A DNA stretch of 64,000 nucleotides from positions 403,038 through 467,037 of the forward strand of contig CAWJCN010000004.1 of assembly GCA_963841415.1 (NCBI GenBank), read 5' to 3'. The notes below the pieces were generated by a model. It did not search any database. It was not told the origin of the DNA and saw nothing but the letters and a program-made list of their open reading frames with translations. The translations under genes were made by a program, and so were the position numbers. The stretch is from an uncultured Actinomycetes bacterium. Lineage in GTDB: Bacteria; Actinomycetota; Acidimicrobiia; IMCC26256; DASPTH01. This document shows positions 61,191-64,000 of this stretch, piece after piece. The first letter of the stretch is position 1, and every line of letters starts with the position of its first letter.

Positions 61191-62954
61191 ATGCCGGAAG
61201 CTCCCGACCCCGCCCCGACGCAGGGCCTCGACGACGGCCCGCCAGCGGCGTCACGGCTGATCGAGCGGGCCGCGCGCTGGTCGGCTCGGCAGTGGGCGAC
61301 CGGGCTGCACGTGGTGTCGCTGGTGGTCGGCTTCTTCGTGCTGCTGTGGGTCGACCGTCACCAGTGGTTCTCGGGCGACGAGTGGGACTTCCTCCTGAAG
61401 CGCGGCCTCCTCGGCCACAGCGCGCTCGGGCTCCTCGATCCGCACAACGAGCACTGGTCGACCGGTCCGATCCTCGTGTACCGCGCGCTGTACTCGGTGT
61501 TCGGGGTGCGCAGCTACACGCCGTACCTCGTCGTGCTGTTCCTCTTGCAGGTGCTCGTCGCCCACCTGCTGTGGCGGATCATGCTGCGCGCCGGCGTCCA
61601 CCCCCTCGTCGCGACTGCCGCCGCCGCGGTGTTCCTGGTCATCGGCGCCGGCTGGGAGAACCTGGTCAACGCGTTCCAGTTGTCGTTCCTCGGCTCGGTC
61701 GCGTTCGGACTCCTCGCGCTGCTCCTCATGCCGGAACACGGCCGCTTCGAACGGCGCGACGTGTACGGCTGGATCCTCAACGTGCTCGCGCTCACGTTCT
61801 CGGGCGTCGGGATCACGATGGTGCTCATCACCGGTGGCGCGGCGCTCGCCCGCCGCGGATGGCGCGTCGCGCTCGCGGTCGTGTCGGTGCCCGGGGTCGT
61901 CTACCTGCTCTGGTACGCAGGGTGGGGGCGCGACGCCGACTCGGTGGCACAGGAATCCCTGACCACCGCGCTGCAGCACTCCCCCGCGTTCGTGTGGCAC
62001 GGGTTGGCCGAAGCCGTCGACGCGACCACGGGTTTGGCCGGCACCGGCCCCGTGCTCCTCGTCCTGCTCGCGATCTGGCTCGTGAAGGTGGTGCGACCCG
62101 AGCGCGAACCCTGGCCGATGGTGCTGATGCTCGCGGTCGGCGCCCCGGTGTTCCTGTTCCTCGCCAGCATCCGCCGCTCGGGACTCGGCATCGGCGCCGC
62201 GGCCGCGCCCCGGTACCTCTGGGTGATCGTCGCGCTGCTCGTCCCGGTCGCGGCGCTGGCCGCGTCGCGGCTGCTCGACGGCCGACCGCTCGCGGTGCCG
62301 GCCGGCCTCGTCGCCACCGCACTGCTCCTGACCGTCGCGCTCAGCACGCTCAACAGCAACGCCTCCGCCATCGCGGGGACCAAGGAGGAGAACGAACGCC
62401 GCCTCGTCGCCGCGGTCGACCTGCTGCGGTCGGGCGCACCCGTCGTCTCCGAGTACCCGCTCCCCGAGCTCAACCCCGACATCACGAACCAGCCGCTGCG
62501 CGCCCTCGCGCGCGACGGCAAGCTGCCCGACGTCGCGACCGACGCCGCCGACGAGCTCACGGCGGCAGCGTTCCTGCAGGTCGCCGGATCGCTGAACGGT
62601 CACCCCGCGTCGATCGCGCGCGGCGACGCCCAGATCGTGCAGGTCGAGGGCGCGAGCGCGGCACCGACCCGTGGTGAGCGCGCGTGCGTGACCGTGTCCC
62701 CGACGTCGGACGATCCCGAGGTGGTGCTCTCGTTCGCGGCGCCCGGGCACTTCTCCGCACGCCCGGAGCACAGCGGCGTCTACGTGACACAACTCGAGGC
62801 GCCCGAGGGCGGCGCCCGCAGCTTGCCGCGGTCGTGGCCGGTGCCGGGCGGCGAGCGCCTGGCGATGAGCGTCAGCACCACCGAGGCGCGCCTGCGCGTC
62901 ACCGTGCCCGTCGACGGCGACACGACGCTCTGCAACGTCGTCCCACCGACCTGA
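61191..62954 (+). CDS. GT-C-like membrane protein with extracellular C-terminal domain
   Basis: WFSGDEWDF, PHNEHWS, APRY, many TM helices. Confidence 0.75.
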   Translation: MPEAPDPAPTQGLDDGPPAASRLIERAARWSARQWATGLHVVSLVVGFFVLLWVDRHQWFSGDEWDFLLKRGLLGHSALGLLDPHNEHWSTGPILVYRALYSVFGVRSYTPYLVVLFLLQVLVAHLLWRIMLRAGVHPLVATAAAAVFLVIGAGWENLVNAFQLSFLGSVAFGLLALLLMPEHGRFERRDVYGWILNVLALTFSGVGITMVLITGGAALARRGWRVALAVVSVPGVVYLLWYAGWGRDADSVAQESLTTALQHSPAFVWHGLAEAVDATTGLAGTGPVLLVLLAIWLVKVVRPEREPWPMVLMLAVGAPVFLFLASIRRSGLGIGAAAAPRYLWVIVALLVPVAALAASRLLDGRPLAVPAGLVATALLLTVALSTLNSNASAIAGTKEENERRLVAAVDLLRSGAPVVSEYPLPELNPDITNQPLRALARDGKLPDVATDAADELTAAAFLQVAGSLNGHPASIARGDAQIVQVEGASAAPTRGERACVTVSPTSDDPEVVLSFAAPGHFSARPEHSGVYVTQLEAPEGGARSLPRSWPVPGGERLAMSVSTTEARLRVTVPVDGDTTLCNVVPPT

Positions 62955-62987
62955 ATCGGCCGCGTGCGCCCGGCGTAACATGCGCCC

Positions 62988-63949
62988 GTGCCCGAAGCTG
63001 CGTCAGGTGACGGCGACCCCGCCGCGAGCAACGAAGGCCTCGCCTTCGGCGAGTACTACTACGCGCACGACTGCGGGATCCCGTACGAGCGCAACGAGCA
63101 CTGGAACCGCTTCTTCGCCCAGATCGCCGACCGCATCGTCGTCTCGCTGCAACCCGCCACCATGCTCGACGCCGGCTGCGCGATCGGGATGTTGGTCGAG
63201 GCGATGCGGGCGCGCGGCGTCGAGGCGTACGGCATCGACGTCTCCGAGTGGGCGATCGAGAACGTGCCCGACGACGTGCGCCAGTATTGCCGGCAGGGCT
63301 CGTTGGCCGACACGATCGACGGGCACTACGACCTCGTGACGTGCGTCGAGGTGATCGAGCACATCCCGCAGCCCGACGACGCGCTGGCCATCGAGCAGCT
63401 GTGCGCGGTCAGCGACCGCGTCCTGATCTCGTCGTCGCCGCACGACTACTCCGAGCCCACCCACGTCACCGTGCGGCCCCAGGAGGAGTGGGCCGCGTTG
63501 TTCGCCGGGCAAGGGTTCGTACGCGACCTCGACTTCGACGCCACGTTCCTCACACCGTGGGCCGCGCTCTACCGACGGAGCGACGCGCCTCTTCCCGAGG
63601 TCGTGCGCCGCTACGAGCGCAAGCTCGTGCGCACCCAGGACGAAGCGGCGCAGCTGCGTGCGCGAGCGCTCCAGATGCAGGACCAACTCGAGAAGGACTA
63701 CTCGGCGGCGTCGGTCGGCGAGCTGCGCCAGGAGCTGCTGACCACGCGCGAAGAGCTGGTGACGGTCACCGCCGAGGCCGGCACCGCGGCGGGCGCATCC
63801 GCGAGCTCGAGGACGAGCAGGAGGCCTACCGGGGCGCGGCCGACGAGCTCGCCGGGTTCAAGCGCTCGAAGGTGTGGAGCAGCTTCAAGCTGTACGCGGC
63901 GCTCCGCGTCAAGTTCGCCCGCGTCGTGGACAGGCTGCTCGGCCGTTGA
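62988..63949 (+). CDS. SAM-dependent methyltransferase with C-terminal coiled coil (frameshift near 63790; main frame missing from the ORF track)
   Basis: TAACAT -10 box 6 nt before the GTG; MLDAGCAIG, GIDVS, EVIEH; the natural end RIRELEDEQ...SKVW...LLGR lies in another frame. Confidence 0.78.
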
Positions 63950-64000
63950 GCACGGCCACACCCCCCGATCTCTCTCTGATCGTCCTCGGCGCGGGTCCGT

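Overview
High-GC actinobacterial chromosome segment, most consistent with class Acidimicrobiia (inferred from gene content, not database-confirmed). It carries the iscS-mnmA-(metE-like)-ligA and gatCAB housekeeping block, a PASTA Ser/Thr kinase, B12-dependent enzymes (scpA-meaB, pduO, metH), a PAS-GGDEF-EAL protein, a sirtuin, moeB, a WYL regulator with a divergent ABC exporter, an orphan cpaE-cpaF pair and pepA. It also has a decaprenyl-phospho-arabinose (ubiA-dprE1-dprE2-HAD) locus, two secreted HEXXH paralogs and the start of a surface-glycan cluster. I found no rRNA, tRNA, CRISPR, transposase or phage genes. The strongest hidden signal is intergenic. At six junctions, repeat elements (including 68-bp and 33-bp tandem arrays) read as mini-ORFs whose stop codons overlap the downstream start. 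Most begin at an upstream stop or a leaderless start site, forming a MIRU-like 'ribosome relay'. Second, a GTCACACCC promoter motif sits at near-identical spacing before ligA, an AbiEi-DUF559 gene and an unknown 86-aa gene, suggesting a PafBC-like DNA-damage regulon. Third, a degenerate GGDEF protein with an intact I-site lies inside the arabinose-donor locus. Four single-base frameshifts, including one in ligA, are probably assembly errors.
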